Of a stretch of 64,000 bases of DNA, positions 29,763-41,294 are shown piece after piece. The position numbers and the translations under genes were made by a program. A model generated the notes under the pieces. That model was given only the letters and a program-made list of their open reading frames with translations. It searched no databases and was not told the DNA's origin. This DNA is from Setoptus koraiensis (taxonomy: Eukaryota > Animalia > Arthropoda), in contig CM106586.1 in assembly GCA_048013815.1 (NCBI GenBank), positions 10,726,001 through 10,790,000 on the forward strand, read 5' to 3'. Each line of letters opens with the position of its first letter. Position 1 is the first letter of the stretch.

Positions 29763-31756
29763 CCGGATGACTGGATGCGGGACGATGAGCGCGGCCGCAT
29801 GACGCCACGTTACGTATGACTCAGGCGGTCGGGTTGTCGGGCAACTCGGGCAACTCGGGCAAGAGACGCCCCGCAACCGGATGCGTCTCTTGCGGCCGCG
29901 AGTTGTTGCCGGCGCGCCCACGAGCTTGCCAGCAACAACTCGCGCATTCGCAACAACAATGCCGCTGTGAGACGCGCACGCCAGCCATAGGTTAACGATA
30001 GCGATTGTTGTTGTGGCGCTGATTTATCTGTCGCTTTGTCATCAGGTAACACTTTTCCTCTTGTGACGACTCAAATCGCCTGTGCGAGTTGCATGGATAA
30101 TCTGGATGCGACGACCATGATGACGATGATGATGATGATGATGATGATGCTGTGCAAGCATCGCTCGCCGCAAACTCGTTGACTCGTTACGTAAGGGCCG
30201 AGAGTCAATCAGTTGGCTACAAACAAGGCACAAACACTGTCTATTAGCCGCCATCTGACAGGTTGCATGATGTGCTCGATCAGGGAGAATCGTTTGTCGG
30301 TCGTGTGTGCCCCGCCGGTTCCAACTGGCAAACAATTGATTGTGGCGCTGTTGTCGCTAGACGAGATTTGTTTACTACTATTTTTATCCATCACTTTTCC
30401 TCTATTCAAAGCATTTCAAGCCAATTGAATTTAATGCGCCAGCAACATGTTGATCATCATCTGTGGCAGGCTGACTTTTGCGACTGTTCGAGGGTTGCCA
30501 GCCGACAAACAGTGACAACAAATGCAAAATAAAACGGCTCATTAGCCGCCGTCGTTGGCGCCGATAATGTCGTTGTTGTCGTCGCTGTTGTTGCCTTTTG
30601 TCGTTGTTGTTGTTATCGTCGCTGTTATTGCAGTTGTCGTTGTTGTTGTTATCGTTGTTGTTGTTGTTGTTGTTGTTGTTGCTATTGCTGTTGCTGTCGT
30701 TTTGCATGGCTGCCCTTGGGCGGCTCGCCTAACCGGGCGCGAGCGCCATTTAATCCGGCAAGGTGGCGCATCATCTTGCCAATGCCTAAATGAGTCGATT
30801 GTGAGTTGATACAAACAATGAGTAACAACAAATAACAAATGCGACACAACAACAACAACAACAACGTCAATGGAATTTATTATTAGCTCCATTCGTTTTC
30901 GGCGTTGCGGCTCACCTGTGGCAGCACCTCTCGGCGCTGTCAAGTGTATATCGCCATTGTGACTCATTCATTCGCGACCAAACAGCGCGCCAACGCAGAT
31001 ATTTGCTCGCTCGCCAAGCGCTCTTCCAGGAATTGTCTTGCCAGAAAGTGAATCAATTAGTGTGTGTGTGAGTGTGTTGAATATTGCGCCAACAAACAAA
31101 CAAAACAAACGCGACGATAAAATAAAGCCGATATGGTCGCGAAGAAGACCTCACGAGCATGATAGCCTTTGATGAATGTCTGGTATAAAACCGCATATGC
31201 AGTGCGCAACAGCGTTAGAGAGTGTCTCGCGTCTTGCCATCGTCGTCGTCGGCAACAGCAACCACAACAACAACCACAACGGCAACCACAACGGCAACCA
31301 CAACGGCAACCACAACGGCAACCACAACAACAACAACCATAACACTTGTTGTTGCTGCTCGCAAGTCAGTGATCAACAAACAGCCACAAGTTGCAGCCAG
31401 ATTTTAGTTCAAGTCGGCAAGCAACAGTTTCTCTCGTGTTAGTCGCAAACTCTAAAAAACTCTCAACTGTGTCCGCTATTCTCGCCCGATGATAATATTG
31501 CCAAATCAGCGATTATCCACTGTTAACTTGTGCCGTGCTGCATGAAACGAGAAACAGTTGCATAATATCAAATTGCTGCTAACTTGTCGCCTGCTTGCCG
31601 TTGCATAATTGGTACACATAATCGATACTGGATCGGGCGCCGCTCGACGCTCATTCGCAGACAAGCAGCAACGCCGAAACAACAATCAGCAACCACAATC
31701 AGCCACAATTGACCCCAGCCAACGACAACAACAATCACCACAAACCACCACCAAAC

Positions 31757-33103
31757 ATGAAGCCAGTATCGCCGTGGTCAGCGCACCTTGGCGCCCTGCT
31801 CGCCGTTGCGGGCCTGCTTGCCGTCGCGGGCCCGACGCCGGGGGCGCTGGCCGCCGCCGGCCGAAACAAACGCGAAGCTCAGACCAAAAATAGATGGTCG
31901 CTGGCGGACGACTATTACAAGAAGCACGCCACGCCGGATCCAATCGTCAGTCGGTCGGCCCGGCCGGCCTATTATGGCAACCGGGCGGCAGAAGAATTTC
32001 CCTATGTTCCTAGCAGACTGTTTGCCTATGAGATACCAAACTCAAACTCTGACTCTGTTAACGATATCTCAAGAAAACAACGAACGCCCGATTTGTTGCA
32101 ATTGCCAAATTTGTTACTGCAATACCAAAAATCACGCTTCAATTATCAACAGGAGACATTTGGAGCGGAAATAAGTGCACCAATACGCGCCTACATAGCA
32201 AACGATTACGCCTATTGTGACTCGTTGAACAATTTGACCAATGAGAGCGATCAAACTTTTATGCACGTCAGCAAGTCGGGATTCAAACAGTACCCGTCGC
32301 ACGTTGGTTTGTATAGAAAATCCGAGCCGGCCAATTACGTTTGTGGCGCTAGCTGGATCAACGATCAATACTTGTTGACAACGGCCTCGTGCTTGACGGG
32401 CCTGACGGCCGACGACATCGTTGCCCAGTTCAACGAGTGGAATCACCTAGGCAGCGGGCCCGTTGTCAAGGCCTCCATTTTCAACAAGCAACCAACACTG
32501 GCTGCAACACGAGCAACATTTAAGCGATCCATAGAATCCGTGACCATATTTCCCGAATACTCAAACACCTCAAACAGTCATGATTTGGCCCTGTTGGAAT
32601 TAAAGCCTCTCAACGAATTCAATGAGGCCACAACGTCTATTTTGCCATCGTGCCAATTCAACGACAGACGATCTTTGCATGCAAAATCATGCTGGTTACC
32701 GCATAGAAATGTCACAATAGATGAGACTGTTGATTTAGAAGAGCTCACTGTGCGCCAGGAAACAAGAGTGTCACTTGTCAATAAACCAGTGAAATTGTTT
32801 GTAAGCGATCAAATTTGTCAAGAGCACACAGGTATGACAAGTTTCTCTAGTACTGTTCCCAATATGCTCTGTTCTAGCGACACATCAATTAGACAATCGG
32901 ACAATAACAATGACCAGCACGCATCACCATTAGACAACGGATCAGGTATCTATTGTTACGAAGGGGGCTTCAGGAGCCTCGTATCCATGGTGACGCCACG
33001 AAGTAAGGGTGCGTCTATTTCTAGTACGCTAAGTCCCGGTTTTATAGATATAAACTTTTACAAGCCATGGATCATTAGTATTACAAATAGATACAATAGA
33101 TAA
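31757..33103 (+). CDS. Secreted serine protease homologue (catalytically inactive, masquerade/scarface-like), intronless
   Basis: Signal peptide MKPVSPWSAHLGALLAVAGLLAVAG, RNKR site, trypsin-fold motifs YVCGASWINDQYLLTTASCL (His missing), HDLALLEL (Asp kept), NGSGIYC (Ser motif missing). The ORF track starts at an upstream non-ATG codon (31709). Confidence 0.75.
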   Translation: MKPVSPWSAHLGALLAVAGLLAVAGPTPGALAAAGRNKREAQTKNRWSLADDYYKKHATPDPIVSRSARPAYYGNRAAEEFPYVPSRLFAYEIPNSNSDSVNDISRKQRTPDLLQLPNLLLQYQKSRFNYQQETFGAEISAPIRAYIANDYAYCDSLNNLTNESDQTFMHVSKSGFKQYPSHVGLYRKSEPANYVCGASWINDQYLLTTASCLTGLTADDIVAQFNEWNHLGSGPVVKASIFNKQPTLAATRATFKRSIESVTIFPEYSNTSNSHDLALLELKPLNEFNEATTSILPSCQFNDRRSLHAKSCWLPHRNVTIDETVDLEELTVRQETRVSLVNKPVKLFVSDQICQEHTGMTSFSSTVPNMLCSSDTSIRQSDNNNDQHASPLDNGSGIYCYEGGFRSLVSMVTPRSKGASISSTLSPGFIDINFYKPWIISITNRYNR

Positions 33104-34978
33104 TTGTTGGTTTAAAGCTGACACAAATGTCCACAAATATCCATATGATTAAATACGACAACAGACACACTAGAGCAATAAAACAAAAATAAATAATGAT
33201 ACTGTCTAGCATCAGTCGTTGCCGATAGATAAGCGATCCAGCGACCCGGTTGGCCACTTAATCTAGTGCCATAATTATTTCTTCGTGTGTTTCTCTATCT
33301 ATGATACAATGCACCAAAGGCTACAAAGCACCTCTCCAAATCGGTACACGCTCGTCGCCGTACCCAACGAGCCGATAATGTGCATTCAAATACTATTGTA
33401 TCGGTCTCTAACGTCACACTATCCCGAGCTTGTGAGGCCCGTAATGAGAAGACATAGTCCAAAAGCAGTACAGATCGGCCGGAAGTAATAATTTGTGTAC
33501 AACATGAAACAAACCAGTTGACAATACAATATTGTGCAAGGTTAACATTCCAGTCGTCAGACCAAAAAGAACGCTTGAAAATCCAATAAATCTTCCAGTT
33601 TTAGTTTGACCTCTCGCTTGTCCTTTAACTCTCGCGTGTTTTCATCTTTTTATATTGTCCGCCTCTTGTAGAGTGACCTCTTATTTATTTTCTAAGTTTA
33701 CTTTATCTGTCGAAGTGACCTGTGGTGCCGTCCATCAGTTTTATCTCGGTCTTATAGAGATCTTATAAAGATCTTATAACAGGTGCATGTTCGATTCCGG
33801 CAGCTTTACGTCTGCTAGGCTAGCTGGACATTCGTTCACTTACTGATTCACGTGTTAGGCTCTTATTCAATTTGGCCGAAATTGAGTCGCCAGTTCGAGA
33901 CGCTTCAACGGTCAAGCTAGTCAACGAGCCACTAAACGGGAGTGGAAAAGAACAGTCCACCCTGTCTTGGGGCCGTCTCAACAAGCACCTTTCAAAGATC
34001 CTCTGGGCCTCCAAAATGAGATGAAGTACACATACAAAAGCAGAAACTGTCTGTACTTATATAAATCCGCTCTAATGTTCGAATTTTACGATCCGCTAAG
34101 TTTTAAAAGGAGAAAAAATTGTACTCAATAACAGCTCGCCAACCAATCTCAAAGGAACAGATAGCTGGCCCTGTGACAAAAATTACAAACAATATTCGTG
34201 GCCAAGCTCAGGCCCACTCAAACATCAAGATGCGCCCCAATAAGATTATCGAAGGGCCAAATTGAACACCATTACCAAGTCAGCAAATCATTCCGAAGTT
34301 GGCTAGAGTTCTGTTCGGAGGTGTAGCGAAAAGAATGAAGACTCACCATCTCGAAATGAATCAGCGAGCCATCCATGACGGGACGGATCCTTCCTCGATT
34401 TTGAATTAAAAACTAGCCAGATTGCATCTAATTGCAATTGTGCAATAACACAATTGCAACAAAAGGAATTGATCGTGGCACCAATCTGTGGACAGAATAG
34501 GCAGCATATGTTGACAATATTATGTAATAACATATAGCCATAGTTGTGGTATATGTCGTTTCGTCGACTTGTCATCTATAGTCACGAGGCACACGCTCAT
34601 TGGTGGCGTGTTGCCGACGTTGTCTGGCCACACTTGCAGCGCGGACAAAGAACGTAGACATGAGACAGATTATATAATCGCACGCAAGTAAATTGTACAA
34701 AATGGTATCTAGCGCGTTGTAAAACTGCATATGGTGATTGAGATCTCTCGCTTACATGTATTACTGGTGTCAGTCTAATTATTGAAGTTTATCTCGCCAC
34801 GCAAAGATCTCACCCAATCGCCAGTTGGTTCGATTGTTGTCAAGTTACCCTGAATTTATCCGCCTAAAAAATCGCCATCGTCTAATAACAACAAAATATT
34901 GATTAATCTTAATCAATCGTTGCACTCACAAATATATTCAAACAGTATAAAATAACTAACTAATAAACGGAAAAAAGA

Positions 34979-36562
34979 ATGTCTCTACTGCTCAGACCGA
35001 TTCAATGTAACGCCTTTCTGAGGCACTTAGCCAGGCCCTCTTGCCGCCTGGCCAGCTCGTCGAGAAAATCCTCTAGTCACGCCACGCGCCCGGAGCCCAT
35101 ACAAAAGCCCCAGGTCAAATTTACGCAATTATTCATTAACAATGAATTTGTCAACTCGTCTAGTGGGTCAACATTTAACACTATTAACCCGGCCACTGGC
35201 GACCAGATAGCAACCGTTCAAGAGGCCAACTCGTCGGATGTCGACAAGGCCGTTTCGGCGGCCAGCGAAGCATTCAAACTGGACTCGGTTTGGCGAACCA
35301 TGGACGCAAGCCACCGGGGTCGACTGTTGTATAAATTCGCAGATTTAATGGAGCGCGACATGGTCTATCTGGCCAGCTTGGAGGCCTACAACAATGGCAA
35401 ACCGTTCAAATTGGCCCTGCAAGACGTTCAGGTATCCATAGCAACTTGTCGATTCTATGCTGGCGCAGCGGACAAAGTCAGTGGTCAGGTGCTGCCAACG
35501 GACGGGAATCTATTTGCTTACACCCGGTATGAGCCGGTCGGTGTTTGTGCCGCTGTCACGCCATGGAATTATCCCATTATGATGACAGTGGCCAAAATAG
35601 CGCCCTGTCTAGCTATGGGTAACACACTGGTCTTAAAACCGGCCGAACAGACCCCGTTGACAGCTCTCGTTCTGGCATCACTTTTTCGCGAGGCCGGCTT
35701 CCCGCAAGGAGTCTTTAATGTCTTGCCAGGTTTTGGCCCCAGTGCTGGCAAACCCCTTGTGGAGCATCCACTTATCAACAAGGCAACCTTTACTGGCTCC
35801 ACTGAAGTCGGTAAGCTCATTCAAAAATTGGCTGCTGATGGAATTAAGCGAGTATCGCTGGAATTGGGTGGAAAAAGTCCACTGATTATCATGGCAGATG
35901 CCGACTTGGAAAAAGCCGCCAAGGTGGCCAGCGATCAGGTAATGATCAACCAAGGACAGTGCTGCATAGCGGCCTCCAGGGCGTACGTGCACGAGTCAAT
36001 CTACGACTCGTTTGTCAAGAGATCCGTCGAGCTGGCCTCTTCGCGAAAAATAGGCAATCCTTTAGATGCCAGTGTGGATCACGGGCCCCAAATTGACCAG
36101 GATCAGCTGGGCAAGATTATGGATTTGATTGAGTCGGGCAAGAGAGAGGGCGCCAAATTGGAGTTTGGCGGCTCGAGAGTCAAATCTCTGCCAGGTTTCT
36201 TTGTTGAGCCTACTGTATTCTCGGGAGTAACAGACAAGATGAGAATAGCTAGAGAGGAGATATTTGGACCTGTACAACAAATACTCAAATTCAAACATTT
36301 GGACGATGTCATCGAGAGAGCCAACGCGACTAATTATGGTCTGGGGGCCGGTGTGTTCACAAACAATCTCAACACGGCATTGTATGTTACATCACGCCTG
36401 GAGGCGGGCCAAGTCTACGTGAACAACTACTTTAATCCCTCAGTTCAGATCCCCTTCGGTGGCTACAAGCAATCTGGTATTGGTCGCGAGTTTGGCTTGG
36501 ACGGTCTCCGTCAGTATTACGAGATAAAGTCTGTGATTGTGGATCTACCATTCAAGATTTAG
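34979..36562 (+). CDS. Aldh: Mitochondrial aldehyde dehydrogenase (ALDH1/2 class), intronless
   Basis: 527 aa. Arg/Ser-rich presequence, PWNYP, KPAEQTP, FTGSTEVG, LELGGKSP, catalytic QGQCC, EEIFGPV. Confidence 0.95.
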   Translation: MSLLLRPIQCNAFLRHLARPSCRLASSSRKSSSHATRPEPIQKPQVKFTQLFINNEFVNSSSGSTFNTINPATGDQIATVQEANSSDVDKAVSAASEAFKLDSVWRTMDASHRGRLLYKFADLMERDMVYLASLEAYNNGKPFKLALQDVQVSIATCRFYAGAADKVSGQVLPTDGNLFAYTRYEPVGVCAAVTPWNYPIMMTVAKIAPCLAMGNTLVLKPAEQTPLTALVLASLFREAGFPQGVFNVLPGFGPSAGKPLVEHPLINKATFTGSTEVGKLIQKLAADGIKRVSLELGGKSPLIIMADADLEKAAKVASDQVMINQGQCCIAASRAYVHESIYDSFVKRSVELASSRKIGNPLDASVDHGPQIDQDQLGKIMDLIESGKREGAKLEFGGSRVKSLPGFFVEPTVFSGVTDKMRIAREEIFGPVQQILKFKHLDDVIERANATNYGLGAGVFTNNLNTALYVTSRLEAGQVYVNNYFNPSVQIPFGGYKQSGIGREFGLDGLRQYYEIKSVIVDLPFKI

Positions 36563-36716
36563 TTTGAACAAATAAACTGAAAACGGGGCACTTTCCAATG
36601 GGTCAACAAGAACGTATTCTACAGATGATAATTATTGTTACAGTTACTCTCTATAGTTTTGTGCAAAGTCACGAAACTGTTTGTTATGCCGATATGGATC
36701 GATAATATTAGTGTCA

Positions 36717-37556
36717 TCACCATTGTTTTGTTTCATCGTTCTCCTTGGCGTCCAATGCAGCTCTTTGTTCTTCAAACGAGTTATACCGTGACAACTCCTC
36801 CTGCTGTTGCAACATCCTACTCTTGTCTATATTTGCTCTGGTTAAATTGAACAATGACTGACCAATGAACAAGTAAACAAATGATGTCACTGCGATAGTA
36901 AGCGCAATCATACTGCGACCACCGGAGCTCCTGTTATATCTATGACCATGCCTATCCTCGAATGGCCTCTTCATGCTCTCTTCATATTCGCGACGCCACG
37001 ACGGCTGCCAACCAGGTTCTTTGAATTTGTAATACTCCTTGCCGTTTCCTTGCTCATTTTGCTGATAGTCTCGCCGGTCCCACGATGGTGGCGGCTGCCT
37101 CTGGGCTGTGAATGGACCATCGTGCCTACTTGCCCTAGTCTGAGCATAGGTAGCATGTGACGTGGTGCCGCTCGAATCTAGATATTTATCATAAACATAT
37201 CGCGTATTTGCATCTTTAACAATGTCGTATGCCTCTCTAATTAATATAAATTTTTCCTTATTGCCAGTGATCTTATTATCAGGGTGGTATCGCTTGCACA
37301 ATGTCAGGAAACTCTGTTTGATTTGTTCATCTGTGCAGTCAGCGTTCAATCCAAGAATTTTGTAGTACTCTTTAGACCTTGAGAATTGTGTTTCAATATC
37401 ATTAGACATAATCCATTCGGGTGAGCTCTGCTGATACAACAATAACGGACCTAGACGTGATCGCAGGTTTTCTAGACACACCGATAACAAGCAAACAATA
37501 ATAATAACGGTTGACATGAAGTAGTGATGACATTCATTGCTCAAATGTTGATACAA
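36717..37556 (-). CDS. DnaJ-domain protein with a C-terminal transmembrane helix (DNAJC4/DNAJC30-like); start codon uncertain
   Basis: YYKILGL...KRYHPD...AYDIVKD J-domain; hydrophobic MIALTIAVTSFVYLFIG near the C-terminus. An upstream donor (GTAAGA at 37671) suggests an extra 5' exon. Confidence 0.8.
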   Translation of the reverse strand: MYQHLSNECHHYFMSTVIIIVCLLSVCLENLRSRLGPLLLYQQSSPEWIMSNDIETQFSRSKEYYKILGLNADCTDEQIKQSFLTLCKRYHPDNKITGNKEKFILIREAYDIVKDANTRYVYDKYLDSSGTTSHATYAQTRASRHDGPFTAQRQPPPSWDRRDYQQNEQGNGKEYYKFKEPGWQPSWRREYEESMKRPFEDRHGHRYNRSSGGRSMIALTIAVTSFVYLFIGQSLFNLTRANIDKSRMLQQQEELSRYNSFEEQRAALDAKENDETKQW

Positions 37557-38426
37557 AATGTGTATTTTGATATATTTACCACGCGATCACATGCTATATG
37601 TTGTGTTTTGTTCAAAAGGACACATTTATAGTTGCGTATTCGCACTATAGGGGGCAGAGTTTTAGTCTTACCTCGTCTCTATTATGAAGATATTCAACCA
37701 GATCTTAATCCGCGAATTATGCTCAGTAACCGTTATATCCATCCGGAAATTGATTCGACTCGAATGCGAGTCTCAAATACTTATGTCTACGTATGGATCG
37801 AAAATTCATTCAAAATCGCATCCATAGTCTCAAGTTGAGACTCTCAACTACATGTACATGTTGCTTCATGTTTGTCGCTTGTCGAATGGAAACTAACTTT
37901 TTTTTTCTTTGTGAGAATGAGTTATCATGATAATGAACGGTCTTTCTAGCTAATCTTGGTATTTTACTTGACGTATTCATTAGGCGATCGGGTTCCGAAT
38001 TGCAGCTCAAAGCTACAACTTGATCTAACGACCCAAATGAAAGCTAAGATTGGTCTCTGATTTGTGTTTGGGGGGGCCACAAGTTGTGGCCCACAACTAT
38101 GTCTCTCATTCGTGATTTTAACAAAAATTGTGTTGAAAAAATGTAGTATGATATTGCACAAAGTCGGCAAAAAACTGGGCTAGGTATAGACCCATTTCGC
38201 TCAGCTCCTCGAGCTGAGCCGGTCAAGACCAGCGAGGGCTCAATCTGAGTCTATCACTCGAATAGGTTTCCTTGTAAGCGGAAGTGAAGTTCGAGATTTG
38301 CTCATAAATCAATTGAGTAGGAGATTCGGCATTGATGAGCAATACATGACTAGAGGCAAACATTCAAAGCGACATTTCAGAGAAATGTGGCTTGAAATTT
38401 TTATTCTTCTGAATTCAACTAATGTA

Positions 38427-39938
38427 TTAGCTCGTTCTGATACTGGAGCAAAACACTTGAACTATTAGCAATACTAGAACTGCTGCGAGGGCACTAAATC
38501 CAGCCAATTGCCACATTAGTATAGGTGCAACGTCATAGGCAAGTCCGCCAGCGATCGCACCAAGACCAATACCCAAGCCCTAAGATTAATAAATTACACA
38601 AAAAAAAATGAACGGAAGAGAAAAAGTTGAAACTTTCAATCAATTGAAGAGGTTGTTGATCAAACTTCTTCTATAGTTACAACTAACCTCAAATGATGCT
38701 CCGAATAAACCTTGGATTGTGGCGCTCAAGGAATCCTTATGCACTTCGCTCAGTTTGTACTTGAGGACAATATCGCCAACACGATTCGAATAATGTTGGG
38801 CCTGGTGCGTCAACACACAGTACATTAGACCGAACGCTGGCCCTTGAAGCAACTCAACAACAAGTATGTAATATATAGAGGAGACGATTGGTATGATGTA
38901 GGCATAGCTGAGGTGCCTCAATGCAAAACTAGCGAAGCAGATAGTCAGTGTGCATGTTGGTCCTAGTTTGGCTAGAATCTTGCCAGAAAAGAAGAAAAAT
39001 ATTAGTTCGCCCCCTAGTGCTTGCACTGGCAGTATTAATGTTGTCAATAAAGAAAAATCCTCATTTTGTTCGTATGTCAATTTTCTAATATATCCAAAAA
39101 AGAATTGCCATTGGATAGAGGTCAAAACACCGCATAGAGTGAACAATAGAATAAAACCAAGCATCGACTTGTTAGTTTTATATAATAACAAAAACAAGCG
39201 AATTCTTCCGATGTGACCTCTATCATTTTCTTGTGGTATCTTGAGTTCCTCTTGAGACACTATTAAGCCTTGATTTGTATGTTCATCGTTTTCACTTGGT
39301 GACAATTTCACTAATTTGTTTGTGTTATCTGGCTCAGCGCTGCTAACCAATCTGAGCTCATTCTTGTCCTTCCAGGTGATTAGAAGCATTGCGTCGATTA
39401 AGTGTAGTATTATCAGCGTCAATATACCTGGTACAAGATAGGGCAGATTAGTGAGTTTGTTGGCGAATATTCCCAGTCCTCCCAGCACACCAAAGCCCAC
39501 GGGGCCCCACATTCTGTATTTTCCGTAGGAGCATTTGTTTCTTTTGCATGAGCTAATTGCTAGAGTATCGCCCAGAGAATTCACCACAGACAACGAGGTG
39601 TTGCCGAGAATTGCGGCGCCACAATACAGAGCCCAGATAGTTTGCTTGTGATCATTGAGCAATTTGGAACCAAAGTAGAATGGATAAATCGCCAAAGATC
39701 CATAGCCTAGCATAGTAGTTATAATGAACAGAATTAATGCCTGCTTGTGTACGTGATATTTATCCGCCAATGAGCACAATGTTGTTTTCGCAAACAATGC
39801 AATAAATGGCACTATCGTGTATAACGTGCCCTGCTGGGTGGCTGTGGCGCCCGCATAATGAATCGCATAGGGGAACATTATTGGCAAGACTCCCACCAGT
39901 CCACCGTACCACAGTCCATAGTGGAGTTGAAAAAGCAT
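38427..39938 (-). CDS. Major facilitator superfamily transporter (MFSD6-like); exons 39938-38688, 38579-38427
   Basis: Multiple TM helices, SYGKYRMWGPVGFG motif, ELLQGPAFGL. Phase-0 intron 38687 (GTTAGT) to 38580 (TTAG) joins ...GASFE to GLGIGLGAIAGGLAY...TS*. A further 5' exon is possible (acceptor at 39944). Confidence 0.85.
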
Positions 39939-41294
39939 ATCACCTGAAACCGTTGCAGCTTTTGCTCATGAGGGGCTCTAGACGCTGGTTGCCGACGAAC
40001 GTTTGGAGCTTTCAGCTTGGGTGAGTTCCTAGTTCCTATTTGGTTCCTCCTTGGTTGCACTTTGGTTCCAGTGCCTAAATGGGGTGCACAAATATGGTGC
40101 ATATCTATAATGTTGTGATCAGTTGATCAAGTCCATCTGATAATGCCAAGACGTATGGAGATGGCATTGATAATGGGCCTGCGATCTTCACTAGTTTGCA
40201 ATGTGTAACTTACGAGCTGCACCACTCATGAACCACGTGTACCAATGTAAAAGCGACATAGAATTGCTTAGATTGCATCTATGGCGATGCTGTTAGCGTG
40301 TAAACAAACACAAGATCAGCTGCTTGATAATGTCGTGAAACATTGATTGTACCGTGTCCACTTTTACTTTTTGTACACACCGGCTATACAACTTGCCAGC
40401 ATATCTTGTCATGAGTTCATTTTGCACTTGTCGGGCGACTACTCGAGTGCAACGCGACGATGGGAATATTCATTGGGTTGTGCTGGTGTTCTGCTAGTCA
40501 GACTGGCGAGTGTCGACAAGTTCGTGTGACATTTGAAAGTGAGCTATCAATTGGGTTAGTGCTCGATTAATAAGTTGATGGTTATTGTTTCACTATCGTC
40601 CTAATGTTCATTTGTGTGCCCATAGAGTTGCCTATCAGCGATTGAGCGTTACAATTTTTGTCGGCTACTGGGGGGGTCGATCCATAAAACACTGTGCGCC
40701 GGAGTGCTTGCCGCTAGCGCATTCGACAATACACGATAACACTCTCGCGATAAACTAAACACACACGGACAACGTAATCTGTCGTTGTTATTTAACAGAT
40801 TAGTGTTTTAAGTTATGTAACACAACCACTATAACAAGTAGACATGAGTTAACGTGTAATTTAAAAACATAATGATATTATAGTTAGCGCTTGTCGACAG
40901 GTTGTGTGTCGTTTGCGTCGCCGTGTCTGTAACAACACACAACACAACCAACAGTGTAATTACGCAATCAGCTGTTCACTTGTTGTGCGTTATTTCGTTG
41001 TTGTTGCCTGACAGTGTGTAGGTAAGCGTTGGATTTTTGTGGATTATATACCAGGTTTCAGGTTTTTTTTTTATTTACTGCTATTATTATCACAAGAGAG
41101 TGAGAGAAACAAGTGCACTACGTTTTAGATTTGGTACTATAGAAAGTGAGTGTGTTATCCCCGTAATTCTACTTGAGTGAGTGTGTCGTTCGTTCACTTT
41201 CTTTCGTCGTCAAAAGCATTTGTGAGAGTGAGTTGGTTACAAAGACACACAAGCTAGCAGGCAGTCGGGCAGACACACAGACACACACACAGTC

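Noticed and set aside
23969-30039. 17-mer TTTATCTGTCGCTTTGT present twice (23969 and 30023)
   Set aside because: A rough estimate gives about a 0.1 chance of one repeated 17-mer in 64 kb even for uniform composition, so it is not significant by itself.
16496-31442. Long GC-rich ORFs such as 26355-27344 (329 aa), 18814-19578 and 25643-26287
   Set aside because: Arg/Ala/Pro-rich, overlapping in several frames on both strands, as expected from low stop-codon frequency at high GC; no recognisable motifs.
34010-34065. Hairpin with TGTACTTCATC resembling miR-305
   Set aside because: The match stops after ~11 nt and the stem is only ~7 bp, too short for a pre-miRNA.
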